The notes below the pieces were generated by a model. It had not been told where the DNA came from and searched no databases. It saw nothing but the letters and a program-made list of their open reading frames with translations. Position numbers and translations under genes: made by a program. Below are positions 36,626-45,876 of a stretch of 64,000 nucleotides of DNA, piece by piece. Location: assembly GCA_964632805.1 (NCBI GenBank), contig CAZWCS010000005.1, positions 943 to 64,942 of the forward strand. Reading direction: 5' to 3'. Numbering within the stretch: position 1 is the stretch's first letter; every line of letters starts with the position of its first letter. The stretch is from an uncultured Desulfobacterales bacterium. Its GTDB lineage: Bacteria > Desulfobacterota > Desulfobacteria > Desulfobacterales > Desulfosudaceae.

Positions 36626-38569
36626 CTATTTCAACCGGGTACCGGGGGTAACAGATTTGTCCACCGTAGCCAGCACGGCTTCGGTTTCTTCTATGGCCGC
36701 CAGCAGCATACCGTGGGAAGTGACCCCCAGAAGTTTGACCGGTTTCAGATTGGCCACCACCACCACCTGTCTGCCGGGAAGCTCTTCCGGAGAATATTTT
36801 TCCGCAATTCCGGCCACGATGGTGCGTTCTTCCCCGATATCCACTGTCAGCTTGAGCAACTTTCTGGCCTTGGGAATTGTCTCCGCCGCCAGGACCGTAC
36901 CGACGCGCAGATCCATCCGGGAAAAGATCTGGATATCGATTTCTTCTTCCAGCGCCGGTACCAGCTCATTATTCTTTGTTGCCGGCTGGTCAGCGGAAAA
37001 AGACGCGGGCGCGGCGGGTTCTTTTTTCTCCACCCGGGGAAAAAGGGCCAGCGGCTTACCCAGGGTGCTTCCGGCAGGCAGTTGGCCCCAGGTACGGAGA
37101 TTATCCAGAGAAAAAAGCGTGCTTTCATCTTCAACCGTCAATCCCAGGGTCCGGGCCATGGTCCGGGCCGTATCCGGCATTACGGGGTAAACCAGGCCCG
37201 CCACGACCCGCAGCCCTTCCAGCAGGCTGTAGATCACCGCGGCCAGACTGTTGGTCCGATTTTCGTCCTTGGCCAGTTCCCAGGGGGCAGAATAGTCCAC
37301 AAAACGGTTCATGCCCCCGATCAATTCCCAGACCGCAGCCAACGCACGGGAATAGTTCAGCAAACCCATATGCAGTTCGTATTCCCGGATGGTTATTTTC
37401 ACCATTTCGGGCAGATTGATGTCGCTTTCCGGCAGATCCGTGGCAGCGGCCGTCGGTACGGTACGGCGGAAGTATTTTTGGGCCATGGACAACACCCGGG
37501 AAAAGAGATTGCCCAAGTCGTTGGCCAAATCCGCATTGATTCGGTCCACCAGGGTATCTTCGGAAAAACTGGCATCCAGCCCAAAGGACATCTCCCGGCA
37601 TAAAAAGTATCGAAAGGCATCCAGGCCGTAGATATCTTTCATGTCCAGCGGGCTGATGACGTTTCCCAGACTTTTGGACATTTTGCTTTTTTCCACGTTC
37701 CAGAACCCGTGGACGTTCAAATGCTGATACAAGGGAAGACCGGCCGCTTTGAGCATGATAGGCCAGAAAATGCCGTGCGGTTTGATAATATCTTTGGCCA
37801 CCACGTGCTGGGCCACTGGCCAGAATTTCTGGAAATTTTCTCCCTCGGGCCAGTCCAGGGCCGAAATATAATTGGTGAGGGCATCAAACCAGACATAGGT
37901 GACGTATTTTTCGTCAAAAGGAAGGGTGATTCCCCAGGTCAGTCGGCTTTTGGGACGGGAAATGCACAGATCTTCCAGGGGTTCCTTCAGAAAGGACAGA
38001 ATTTCATTGCGATAGCGTTCCGGCCGGATGAAATCCGGGTTGCTGCTGATGTATTCCACCAGCCAGGGCTGGTACTTGCTCATGCGGAAAAAATAGTTGG
38101 CTTCTTTGATCTTTTCCGGCGGGGTTTCATGGTCCGGGCACTTGCCGTCAACCAGTTCCCGTTCGGTAAAAAACCGCTCACAGCCGAAACAGTAAAGTCC
38201 TTCGTATTCGCTGAAATAGATATCACCGGTTTCATAGATGCGGGAAAGAATTTTTTTGACCACCGTCTTGTGAGCGGAATCGGTGGTACGTACAAAATGG
38301 CTGTAATTGATATTCAGTTGTGGCCAGAGATACCGGAACTGGGCGCTGATTTCATCAGCATAAGCCTGGGGAGAAACGTTTTTACCGGAAGCGGCCTGCA
38401 TGATTTTATCCCCGTGCTCGTCGGTACCGGTAAGCAGAAAAATTTCTTTGCCCAGCAGGGAGTGATAACGTGCCGCCACGTCGGCGACAATGGTGGTATA
38501 AGCATGTCCCAGGTGGGGTTTGGCATTAACATAATAAATCGGGGTCGTAATATAGTAACAAGATGCCAT
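36626..38569 (-). CDS. metG: methionine--tRNA ligase (with C-terminal tRNA-binding domain)
   Basis: ATG 38569 after GAGGAA. YYITTPIYYVNAKPHLGHAYTT (HIGH region), KMSKSLGN, and a C-terminal EMAP/Trbp111-like segment DLRVGTVLAAE... Confidence 0.9.
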   Translation of the reverse strand: MASCYYITTPIYYVNAKPHLGHAYTTIVADVAARYHSLLGKEIFLLTGTDEHGDKIMQAASGKNVSPQAYADEISAQFRYLWPQLNINYSHFVRTTDSAHKTVVKKILSRIYETGDIYFSEYEGLYCFGCERFFTERELVDGKCPDHETPPEKIKEANYFFRMSKYQPWLVEYISSNPDFIRPERYRNEILSFLKEPLEDLCISRPKSRLTWGITLPFDEKYVTYVWFDALTNYISALDWPEGENFQKFWPVAQHVVAKDIIKPHGIFWPIMLKAAGLPLYQHLNVHGFWNVEKSKMSKSLGNVISPLDMKDIYGLDAFRYFLCREMSFGLDASFSEDTLVDRINADLANDLGNLFSRVLSMAQKYFRRTVPTAAATDLPESDINLPEMVKITIREYELHMGLLNYSRALAAVWELIGGMNRFVDYSAPWELAKDENRTNSLAAVIYSLLEGLRVVAGLVYPVMPDTARTMARTLGLTVEDESTLFSLDNLRTWGQLPAGSTLGKPLALFPRVEKKEPAAPASFSADQPATKNNELVPALEEEIDIQIFSRMDLRVGTVLAAETIPKARKLLKLTVDIGEERTIVAGIAEKYSPEELPGRQVVVVANLKPVKLLGVTSHGMLLAAIEETEAVLATVDKSVTPGTRLK

Positions 38570-38622
38570 GCTCGTTCCTCTGTTCAAGCCGACCGGAATC
38601 CGGATGGTATGAAATACCGGGA

Positions 38623-39426
38623 TTATGTTTCAAATTGATCAATATCTTCCTTTGATATTTCCGCCGTCGGCTCTGTTTTGTCTGGAGGGGAAATATAATC
38701 CGCTTTTACCTCTGGGGTTGACTGAGATGGTGGTGGTTCGGCTGCTTCCATGTTTTTCTTTTTTTTGTGATTTTCTTTTTTCTGTTTGGTATAGACCGCT
38801 TCCTCAAAGGCCAGACAACACATCAGTCTTCCACAAACACCTGATATTTTAGTAGGATTTAAAGAAAGCCCCTGGTTTTTGGCCATGCGGATAGAAATGG
38901 GATCAAACTTGGGAAGAAATCCCGCACAGCATATTTCCCGGCCGCAACGGCCGATACCGCCGGTGATTTTTGCCTGATTGCGGATGCCTACCTGCCGCAT
39001 TTCAATTTTTATGCGGAAATGGCCGACCAGCCGTTTCACCAGCTCCCGAAAATCCACCCGCCCGTCAGCTGTATAAAAAAAGGTCAGTTTGCGGCCATCA
39101 AAGGTACATTCCACGGAAAACAGATTCATTTCCAGCCCGAGGTCATTAATCTGTTCCAGGCAGAAATCCAGCCCTCTTTTCTCGAGATCCCGGTTTTTTT
39201 CCCGTTGTTTGAAATCTTTTTCGACAGCTTTTCGATGAACTTTTTTCAGGGGCCGTTTAATGGTGTCTATATTAATCCGCACCGGGGCCGAGCAGACACA
39301 TCCCATGCCGTATCCCTGTTCTGTTTCGACAATAACATGGTCGCCGCATTCCAATACAAAGGCACCGCAATCAAAAGAATAGGCTTTGCCTTCCGGTTTA
39401 AATTGTATTTCAACAATTTTTTTCAT
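38623..39426 (-). CDS. PSP1 C-terminal-domain protein (YaaT/RicT-like)
   Basis: 267-aa ORF. DGRVDFRELVKRLVGHFRIKIEMRQVGIRNQAK..GGIGRCGREICC is typical of the PSP1 domain. The start overlaps the holB stop by 17 nt. Confidence 0.8.
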   Translation of the reverse strand: MKKIVEIQFKPEGKAYSFDCGAFVLECGDHVIVETEQGYGMGCVCSAPVRINIDTIKRPLKKVHRKAVEKDFKQREKNRDLEKRGLDFCLEQINDLGLEMNLFSVECTFDGRKLTFFYTADGRVDFRELVKRLVGHFRIKIEMRQVGIRNQAKITGGIGRCGREICCAGFLPKFDPISIRMAKNQGLSLNPTKISGVCGRLMCCLAFEEAVYTKQKKENHKKKKNMEAAEPPPSQSTPEVKADYISPPDKTEPTAEISKEDIDQFET

Positions 39427-40465
39427 GAGTAAAACCTGCCAGTGTCAGCGACAGAGACTCCAGCCACAGTCGCGGATTGGCTTTACGCGCCAGTGCTCTT
39501 TCCGTATTGCTGACGGCATCAATCTTTAAAACCAGTGAAACTGCCGCGTTTTGGGCTGCCGCCGTATGAATTCGCGCCTTCATGTCCGTATTTATAATCT
39601 TTTCCGGGCAATATCTGCAGATCAGGACATCCCGCAGGTAATCTTTTATCAGGTGTAACGCCGACAGGAGGTTCTTTTTGTCGGCGGCCAGTTTTTCCGC
39701 AAAGGCCAGAACGGTCGGTAGCGGTCGGCCCGGCAGCCGTTCCAGCTCAGCAATTATCCATTCTCTCCTGACGGCCGCCGATGTTGCTCCGCAACTATCA
39801 TTGACCAGCTCCAAGGCCCTGGCCATGCTGCCGTCTGCCAGCAGTGCCGCTGTTTTGGCGCTGGAACGGGTCACCCCCCGTTGGTCGCGCAACATTTTTT
39901 CGATACCCGCCGCCGATACAGGATTAAAACGGATGCTCTGACAGCGGGAAACAACCGTGGGAAGAAGGTCGGACGGTTGTCCGGCTGTAAGAAAAAAAAC
40001 AGTCCTGGGCGGCGGTTCTTCCAGCGATTTAAGAAGCGCATTGGCTGCTTCCCGATTCAGCGCCTGGGCGTCCGAAATAATAATCACCCGTCGGCTCGCC
40101 TGGTAAGGTTTATAAGCGATGCGCCGACTCAATTCACGGACAGTATCAATTTTTATAATATCTCCATCCGGTTCCAGAAAAATAACGTCGGGAGACTTTC
40201 CCGACAGAATTTGACGGCAGGTGCGGCACTTGCCACAGGGGGCAATTGCTTCCGCCGCCGGAGGGGAGTTCCCGCTCTCCTTGGGGGTAAAGAGGGATAA
40301 CGTCGAACAGTTACAGGCCATGGCAAACCCCATGGCCGCTGTTCGTTTGCCGACACCGTCTATCCCCGTCAATAAGAACGCATGCGGTATGGTGCCCCTG
40401 GAAAGCAGACCGGTGAGAATCCGTAAAGGTCGTTCCTGATCAATCAGCGAATCAAATAAAGGCAC
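39410..40465 (-). CDS. holB: DNA polymerase III delta-prime subunit
   Basis: 351-aa ORF. HAFLLTGIDGVGKRT (degenerate Walker A), Zn-module CGKCRTCRQI, SRCQSIRF sensor motif. Conserved holB-PSP1-metG order. Confidence 0.85.
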   Translation of the reverse strand: MPLFDSLIDQERPLRILTGLLSRGTIPHAFLLTGIDGVGKRTAAMGFAMACNCSTLSLFTPKESGNSPPAAEAIAPCGKCRTCRQILSGKSPDVIFLEPDGDIIKIDTVRELSRRIAYKPYQASRRVIIISDAQALNREAANALLKSLEEPPPRTVFFLTAGQPSDLLPTVVSRCQSIRFNPVSAAGIEKMLRDQRGVTRSSAKTAALLADGSMARALELVNDSCGATSAAVRREWIIAELERLPGRPLPTVLAFAEKLAADKKNLLSALHLIKDYLRDVLICRYCPEKIINTDMKARIHTAAAQNAAVSLVLKIDAVSNTERALARKANPRLWLESLSLTLAGFTHEKNC

Positions 40466-40469
40466 AACG

Positions 40470-40745
40470 CTAACCGTTTACCCGCTCCTTAAGCTCTTTG
40501 CCGCACTTGAAAAAGGGCAACCGCTTGGGCGCTATGGTTACCTGCTCCCCCGTCTTGGGGTTTCGGCCGGTATAGCTTTTATAGTTTTTGATAAAAAAAC
40601 TGCAAAAACCGCGAATTTCAACCCGCTCCCCCTGCGCCATAGCGTCTGACATGGAGTCAAAAAAAGATTTGACCACCTTGGCGGACTCGGATTTGGAAAT
40701 ATTGGTCTTGTCTTTTAATGCAGTTACCAGTTCTAATTTATTCAT
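40470..40745 (-). CDS. HU/IHF-family DNA-binding protein (IHF-beta-like)
   Basis: ATG 40745 after GGAGGA. MNKLELVTALKDKTNISKSESAKVV...ERVEIRGFCSFFIKNYKSYTGRNPKTGEQVTIAPKRLPFFKCGKELK. Confidence 0.85.
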   Translation of the reverse strand: MNKLELVTALKDKTNISKSESAKVVKSFFDSMSDAMAQGERVEIRGFCSFFIKNYKSYTGRNPKTGEQVTIAPKRLPFFKCGKELKERVNG

Positions 40746-40849
40746 CCATCCTCCTTCTTTCACGGACCTGGTTTCGCAAACCTGATTCAACTTTGCATTT
40801 TTACCGTTTGATGGCGCCCCATCGCTCTTGATGTTTTTTTAAAAATGTT

Positions 40850-40879
40850 ATTACAGCACATAATCTCATAAAAAGTCAA
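40850..40879 (-). promoter_or_regulatory. candidate sigma70 promoter for the IHF-like gene (TTGACT-18-TGTAAT)
   Basis: Minus-strand TTGACT at 40874-40879 and TGTAAT at 40850-40855. The -35 box lies in the loop of an 8/9-bp inverted repeat (40859-40867 / 40880-40888) that abuts the upstream stop codon. Confidence 0.3.
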
Positions 40880-40883
40880 GAGA

Positions 40884-41411
40884 TTATAATGTATTTTGGG
40901 ACAGCGGTTCCACCTCGTCGGCATTGACGCTGACGGCTGCCGATTGCCCCATGGCCTCGATATTAATTACAATCCGGCCGGCTTTCTGGTAACGCCGAAA
41001 AACGCCGATGGCACCGGTAAAGGGACCGCAGACCACCCGGACCAGATCGCCGTTTCGAAAACATTGCCCCGTCAGTATCTCTTCGTTGGCGCGCACGAGA
41101 ATTTTCAGGGAGTCGATCACCGGCGGTTCAACGGGACAGGGTACCTCCCGATTGCCAAGTATTCGCACGGCCCCGGCAGTTTTCAAAATATCCAGTCTTT
41201 CAGAAGAAGAGTTTCCGGCTTTTACGAAAAGATACCCGGGAAAAAGCGGGGCTTGTAAATACAGTTTGCGGTCGCGGCGACGGCTGCGCTTTTTTATAGT
41301 GGGCAGAAAGACCTCTTTTCTCTTTTTTTCCAGAGCGTCGTGTACCACTTTTTCAAATCTGCTTCGGGTATGAATTACATACCAGAATTTTTCGTCTTTA
41401 ATGGTTTTCAT
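40884..41411 (-). CDS. NusG paralogue (NGN plus KOW; UpxY/RfaH/LoaP-like specialised antiterminator)
   Basis: 175-aa ORF. WYVIHTRSRFEKVVHDALEKK..EVFLPT and LFPGYLFVK form the NGN domain. GDLVRVVCGPFTGAIGVF is the KOW motif. Confidence 0.75.
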   Translation of the reverse strand: MKTIKDEKFWYVIHTRSRFEKVVHDALEKKRKEVFLPTIKKRSRRRDRKLYLQAPLFPGYLFVKAGNSSSERLDILKTAGAVRILGNREVPCPVEPPVIDSLKILVRANEEILTGQCFRNGDLVRVVCGPFTGAIGVFRRYQKAGRIVINIEAMGQSAAVSVNADEVEPLSQNTL

Positions 41412-41474
41412 CGCTGTTGGCCGGTATCACTTTTTATCGAAATCCACGGTCTTCGCACGACTTTCCCTGACGGC

Positions 41475-43766
41475 TTAACTGTCGATACTCCCCAGCCCAT
41501 ACAGGTTGATGACAAACATATAACGCTGATCATCGGGCTCGTCAATATAACTGACATCCAGAGACCAGCATTTTGATTTGTATAGAATCCCCAAACGGGT
41601 TTCAATGTCAATGTTGTCATAAAGATTTCGTTCATGGTTGGCATAAAAAGAAAAAGCCTGATTCAGAACAATCTTTCCTCTGGCGTAGATGGTCTCCAGT
41701 TGGCGATGTTTATTCCGGTATTCCGCGTACAGGCTGTCTCCACGATTGTCTGCCAGACGGGTTTTAAGACAATATTCCAGAAGACGCCGTTCATATTGGC
41801 ACCATTCGGATTCAGCGCTCAAGAACATTCCGGCTCCGGGACGGATATCCAGCTCGACTCGGATCGGGGAAAACGGACGCTGTTCCTCCGGTATTGTCCA
41901 GCAGGCCGGGTCATCTTCCCGTTCTTCGTCAATATCATAGCTTTGCTCGATTTCCAGTCTGGCGACTTCCCGGTAGCGGTAAACGGGCTCTGTCTTCCTT
42001 GATTCCTTCGCTTGTAAAGAAGATGCGGGTACGACTACCTGCCGGACCATAAGCGTCTGGGTCAAAGAGTAGGTCAGCAGGTTTTTTTCGGCAATTTTGT
42101 CCAGTTCGTCGTTGAAAAGTGGATAGTCGTCTTCCTCCCCCTGCCGGCTGACATATTCATGTACAACATGAGGAAAAATCGTGTGTTTTATTTTTGTCTG
42201 GCCGTCACCCCAGTTGAACAGGCGATAAATTTCTGCGGAAATATCCAGTTTGGTGTCGACCAGCTCTCGGGATCGGTTTTTGTCCATGTCCTTGTTGTCC
42301 GCCTGATACGTTTTGATCCACCAGGCCGTTTCCCGCAGTCCCAGCGAGGGCTCAATCGAAATTATATCGTTCCATTGCAGTGGTAAATATACCCGGGGGT
42401 GCAGATCCACCCGGTGACCGATGGTTCCGTCTTGCCGATAGCAGTACATATATTCAGTATCCAGATCTGAAAAAAAAGGCGTCTTTCCCAACTGGTGGCG
42501 CATGGCGTTCAGTTCTATAAGCGGGAGCCGCTGGGCGGTGTCATCCAGAGAGTCCCAGCGCCGCTCAATAATATTATCATACCAGAAGAGAGAAGCATCC
42601 AGGTTATAATGGGTCCAGCTCTTGTTCAGATTCAGACGGTTGGTCCGGGTCGTATCGGTATAATCATCCATATCCCGGTCAAAAATTTTTTCAAAATGTT
42701 TTTCGGTCTCCCGGAAGCCTGCATAACCATCTCGAAACTCCCGGAGATAATCCTGATCGCTGACATAATCAATATCCAGTAAAACCGAAACCCCCCTGGG
42801 AAGCACCTGATCATGCTTGGCCCGAAACCAGTAGCGGGTAGTATTGGTACGGGACCAGCTGTCGTGGTCAAAACCGAAACGATCGTCGGCAACATCTTTG
42901 CTAACCTTATGATCGTCCAGATAGTCGTACATCACGGCCAGTTTGGAATCTTTATCGAAAAAGCGGCGGTATTCGAAACCCAGTTTCTGGCCTCGCTGCC
43001 CCATATGATGAAGATAAAAGGTGGCGTCTGTGCTCTCATCGATCGCCCAGAAAAACGGCTGCCTATACTCCACCCCCTTCCGGTCGGAGTGCTGGAGCTC
43101 GGGTATGAGAAAGCCGGTTTGTCTTTTGGTTTTAACCGGAAAAAACAGATAGGGGACATACAGAACCGGCACTTGTTTGGCCCACATGGTGGCGTGCCGT
43201 AATGAGCCGTATCCTTCCACAGTAATGTCTAAGTCCCGGCCACTGATGTGCCAGTCCGGGCGGTCCGGGTTGCAGGTGGAGACGCTGACCCGGTCGGCCA
43301 GATAGGTGTTTCCCCCGGTTTTTCTGATGGTATCGCCTTTGATATAAAAATTGTTTTTCGCTTGATAAATCAAACCATTATAAATTTTACCCGTTTCCGT
43401 CTCGAGGTTGATCTCCAGTCGGTCGGCGGTAATGCGGTCTCCGCCTTCACCGACCATCCGTACATCTCCCTCCGCTGTTAATAACCCATTATTATCATTG
43501 TAAAAAACGTGTTCAGCCCGGATGGTGGTTGCCTGTTTGGTCACCACCACGCGACCGTGAGCGGTGTATTGTTTACTCTCTTTTGTATACGCCAGAGTGT
43601 CGGCTTCGATGTGCCAGGGGGTTTCAACGTCCAACGGGAACAGTTCAGCGGGCTGATGCGCAGGGCATTTCTCTGCCGCCATCAACGCCAGCAAAAAAAT
43701 GAAACCCAACAGCCGCATACCCTTCCGGATAACAATAATAGAGGTCTCCCGGATCGCTCGGTTCAT
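41475..43766 (-). CDS. lptD: LPS-assembly outer-membrane protein LptD
   Basis: 763-aa ORF with a signal-like N-terminus, an OstA-like N-terminal domain (ADTLAYTKESKQYTAHGRVVV...AEHVFYNDNNGLLTAEGDVRM) and a long beta-barrel-like C-terminal region rich in alternating aromatics. Confidence 0.85.
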   Translation of the reverse strand: MNRAIRETSIIVIRKGMRLLGFIFLLALMAAEKCPAHQPAELFPLDVETPWHIEADTLAYTKESKQYTAHGRVVVTKQATTIRAEHVFYNDNNGLLTAEGDVRMVGEGGDRITADRLEINLETETGKIYNGLIYQAKNNFYIKGDTIRKTGGNTYLADRVSVSTCNPDRPDWHISGRDLDITVEGYGSLRHATMWAKQVPVLYVPYLFFPVKTKRQTGFLIPELQHSDRKGVEYRQPFFWAIDESTDATFYLHHMGQRGQKLGFEYRRFFDKDSKLAVMYDYLDDHKVSKDVADDRFGFDHDSWSRTNTTRYWFRAKHDQVLPRGVSVLLDIDYVSDQDYLREFRDGYAGFRETEKHFEKIFDRDMDDYTDTTRTNRLNLNKSWTHYNLDASLFWYDNIIERRWDSLDDTAQRLPLIELNAMRHQLGKTPFFSDLDTEYMYCYRQDGTIGHRVDLHPRVYLPLQWNDIISIEPSLGLRETAWWIKTYQADNKDMDKNRSRELVDTKLDISAEIYRLFNWGDGQTKIKHTIFPHVVHEYVSRQGEEDDYPLFNDELDKIAEKNLLTYSLTQTLMVRQVVVPASSLQAKESRKTEPVYRYREVARLEIEQSYDIDEEREDDPACWTIPEEQRPFSPIRVELDIRPGAGMFLSAESEWCQYERRLLEYCLKTRLADNRGDSLYAEYRNKHRQLETIYARGKIVLNQAFSFYANHERNLYDNIDIETRLGILYKSKCWSLDVSYIDEPDDQRYMFVINLYGLGSIDS

Positions 43767-43793
43767 ATATCAACTCCGGCGGTATAAAAACGA

Positions 43794-43988
43794 TTAGTCG
43801 GCAGGTCCCCCGGAAGTCGTCGGGTTATCCGGGCTATCCCCGTGCTTTTTCCGGACCGTCTCATTGATGGCATTATAGATGTCCCGGAAAGTTTCCGGAA
43901 AGCTTTGCGGCGATATCCGGCCGATTTCGATATACTTGACAATGACTTCTTTGGCGGTACGCAGAATCTGTTCGTCTTTCAAGCCCAT
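43794..43988 (-). CDS. small (64 aa) helical protein of unknown function, 27 nt upstream of lptD
   Basis: Strong AAGGAGG RBS before ATG 43988. MGLKDEQILRTAKEVIVKYIEIGRISPQSFPETFRDIYNAINETV, followed by a Pro/Gly/Ser-rich tail. Confidence 0.6.
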   Translation of the reverse strand: MGLKDEQILRTAKEVIVKYIEIGRISPQSFPETFRDIYNAINETVRKKHGDSPDNPTTSGGPAD

Positions 43989-44275
43989 GGAACCTCCTTT
44001 TAACCCACTGTTTTCCGATTTTTTTTCATCAATGTAACAAACGCTTCCAACAAGTCAAATCAAAATAAAAGGTGAAACGGCTGTTGCCCGGTTCTTAAAA
44101 ATTTGACCGGATTATAACCCATTACATTGCTGAAATCAGAAAAAGTTACTTCGAAAAAACCGGGAATACGGCATCAACGAGGAATATTGGGACACGCCGG
44201 CAAAAAGCGGGCAGAATCCGGGAAGTGCTTTCGCCGGAGACGGTTATCCGGCCCGGCCGGATCCGTTTATCGGTG

Positions 44276-45322
44276 CTATCCCTGCTGTTCCGTCTGGGTT
44301 TCGGGTATACCGGGATCCGGCCAGAGATGTCGGGCAAACTTCAAAAACCCCTGAACATTATTGAGGCGGGCGTCGGAATCGGCTGGAGGCATGATAATCT
44401 GGCCGTTTAAAAGCGGTTTCAGGTAATTGGCAAGTTCCATGCTGCCGCCGCCGGTTAAAAAGATCGACTCCATGTCCCAGTCATCGGCCCAGGTCTGGTT
44501 GATTTCGTTGGCGATGACTTCGGCGGTCTGGGTGAATATCTGCTCCTTGGTTTTGGCCAGATTGTATTCCTGGCCCTTCATTCTTATGGAGCCGAACTCT
44601 ACGGGGGTGTACAAGCGGTAGAGCTCCACCCCCAGACCGCTTTTCTGGCGAATTTTTTCCGCAATTTTGCGAAAACAGTCCGATATTCCTAAATTGATAG
44701 TCCTTGAACCGCGATTGATGTATTGCAGTTTATCGAACAGAACGTAATCCGTGGTATTAAAACCGATATCCACCACGCCGACTTTCTGCCGGGCCAGGTC
44801 CTTCTCCATCATTTTTCCGCGTTCATTCAAAATATGGTTTAACAAACTGCCGAAGGGCTGAGGGATCATACGAATTTTATTAATATTGATTCGACGCACG
44901 GCTTCGGAACCGTCGGGTTTGCGATAGACAATTTCGTGACTGCCCAGCAGTATTTTGCTGAATTTTTCTTTGTATTCGCGGAAATATACAACCGGCAGAC
45001 CGGAAACGACGTTTATCGGCACAAACGTTTCGGAAAACAGGCCGGTAATGGTCAGGGACAAAATTTTTAAAAAATCCGTAATGAGCTTGTCCTGGTCCAG
45101 CGTATAATGCCGTACATTACTCTGTTTTTCGGCATAATCGCCCACGAAATATTCTTTTCCGTCTATGGTCACATGCAGGCTTTCCGTCAGCGGAGCCATT
45201 GCAAAATCCGATAGAAACTGAATTTCTTCGGCTTGGCCGATCAGCGATTTAAACATAAGATGTTCTCTGCCGTTCGTAGCTTTTGTAAATCCAAAACCGA
45301 TATCCAGTCCCAGAACTTCCAT
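44276..45322 (-). CDS. ParM/StbA-like actin-fold ATPase
   Basis: ATG 45322 after GGAGGG. Phosphate-1 LGLDIGFGFTKAT, phosphate-2 VGVVDIGFNTTDYVLF, adenosine motif IFLTGGGS. Confidence 0.75.
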   Translation of the reverse strand: MEVLGLDIGFGFTKATNGREHLMFKSLIGQAEEIQFLSDFAMAPLTESLHVTIDGKEYFVGDYAEKQSNVRHYTLDQDKLITDFLKILSLTITGLFSETFVPINVVSGLPVVYFREYKEKFSKILLGSHEIVYRKPDGSEAVRRININKIRMIPQPFGSLLNHILNERGKMMEKDLARQKVGVVDIGFNTTDYVLFDKLQYINRGSRTINLGISDCFRKIAEKIRQKSGLGVELYRLYTPVEFGSIRMKGQEYNLAKTKEQIFTQTAEVIANEINQTWADDWDMESIFLTGGGSMELANYLKPLLNGQIIMPPADSDARLNNVQGFLKFARHLWPDPGIPETQTEQQG

Positions 45323-45404
45323 ATTTCCCTCCACGGAGTCAGGTCGGAAAAAACCGTCGGCATCCGTAACTGCCATCACAGAAAATTTGATTTTCCCCGG
45401 TCTG

Positions 45405-45635
45405 TTATTGGCTGATCATATTTTCTTTAAAATCAAATCCGCCTATGGTTGTATCCCCCAAAAGATAAAGAAGGTAACCTGCGATTATAGCGCCAAGAAG
45501 TACCAAGAAAACTCTCAGCATCTGTTTTGGACGGAAATAGGTGATTACGCCCAAAGCCGCCAGAATACCGAAAGCGATATAGGTGTGTTGGAAAAAAAAG
45601 TTGGTAACTACCTGAAAAATGCCGTCCAGGTCCAT
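45405..45635 (-). CDS. small (76 aa) two-TM membrane protein
   Basis: Hydrophobic segments YIAFGILAALGVITYF and VFLVLLGAIIAGYLLYLLG. It lies 82 nt upstream of the ParM-like gene on the same strand. The RBS is weak. Confidence 0.5.
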   Translation of the reverse strand: MDLDGIFQVVTNFFFQHTYIAFGILAALGVITYFRPKQMLRVFLVLLGAIIAGYLLYLLGDTTIGGFDFKENMISQ

Positions 45636-45660
45636 AACTTTTTCTTTCAGAAAATTTTTT

Positions 45661-45666
45661 ATTATA
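45661..45666 (-). promoter_or_regulatory. perfect -10 box (TATAAT) upstream of the small membrane protein gene
   Basis: Minus-strand TATAAT about 25 nt upstream of ATG 45635. No good -35 at 17 nt. The TTGACAcTGTCAA palindrome lies further upstream at 45710-45722. Confidence 0.3.
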
Positions 45667-45804
45667 GAAATGCCGCCTCACAGATGCATCAGAACTCTAC
45701 CAAGGCCGGTTGACACTGTCAATGCTTTTTCCAGATGCGGCAAGGCAATCCCCGATGCCGGCAGCGGAGATACTGCGATGACAAGAGGGCAGGTGTTGTA
45801 ATAG

Positions 45805-45844
45805 AAAAAAAACGGCCCCTACCGGCAGGAACAGTAGAGGCCGT
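45805..45844 (-). terminator. Rho-independent terminator after the SCP2/ligase/thiolase operon
   Basis: Minus strand: ACGGCCTCTAC, 11-nt loop, GTAGGGGCCGT (11 bp with one G.U), followed by T8. It begins about 33 nt after the thiolase stop at 45877. Confidence 0.8.
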
Positions 45845-45876
45845 TTCTGTCTAAAAAACAGGGCTTGAAAAAGAGA

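Noticed and set aside
36521-37603. 360-aa plus-strand ORF antisense to metG
   Set aside because: Shadow ORF opposite a gene with HIGH and KMSKS motifs.
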